NCBI GenBank assembly: GCA_003990765.1
Contig: RBNJ01000040.1
Coordinates: 1-48,009, forward strand
Direction of reading: 5' to 3'
DNA from: Jimgerdemannia flammicorona
Taxonomy: Eukaryota
DNA: 48,009 nucleotides
Made by a program: the position numbers and the translations under genes. Within the stretch, counting starts at the first letter, position 1; each line of letters starts with the position of its first letter. The notes beneath the pieces are model-generated. The model was not told the origin of the DNA. It made no database searches and worked only from the letters and a program-made list of their open reading frames with translations. Below are positions 47,761 to 48,009 of this stretch, in pieces.

Positions 47761-48009
47761 TAGTATTTTCAATCTATGATACAATCTATAATTATGGTAC
47801 ATAAAGACAATTCAAATTATTTCTTTAAAAGTAGGGCCTACATAGATCTAATTGACTGTTTACTCCTTGAACTTCACTTGTTTTTATTTTTATTTTTATA
47901 TAGTCACTTAGACTTTGCTATTTTTTACTAGTCTATAGATATAGTTACAGTATCTTCTCCCACTACCCAATCCCCATAGGGGAGCCCCCCCCCCCACATT
48001 CTCATACTT

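Noticed and set aside
6370-48001. G-run at ~6375 and C-run at ~47987 as terminal inverted repeats of one giant element
   Set aside because: Only low-complexity similarity (atgtgggg); no extended match or TSD is visible.

Overview
Eukaryotic, very probably fungal DNA; an early-diverging/Mucoromycota-like host is my inference. The first ~6.4 kb is CpG-rich and holds one intact 8-exon gene (1696-5430, about 1027 aa). It fuses a LodA/GoxA-type cysteine-tryptophylquinone (CTQ) amino-acid oxidase to a VioB/RebD-like ferritin-like domain, and no LodB maturase is visible in the window. From ~6.5 kb to the end lies a CpG-depleted, C>T/G>A-mutated nest of mobile elements. It contains three dUTPase-carrying Ty3/Gypsy families, two of them full length. 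Those two encode integrase in a separate overlapping frame and carry an extra post-integrase ORF, and one family has a homologue of that ORF inside its 1.5-kb LTR. The nest also holds a 7.1-kb hAT transposon carrying a decayed TET-like 2OG-Fe(II) dioxygenase candidate, two foldback hAT MITEs and a pogo-like MITE. These sit on an older scaffold made of a long ankyrin-repeat pseudogene and an intron-containing tyrosine-recombinase (Crypton-like) pseudogene. All calls come from manual reading and recalled motifs; no database searches were run.
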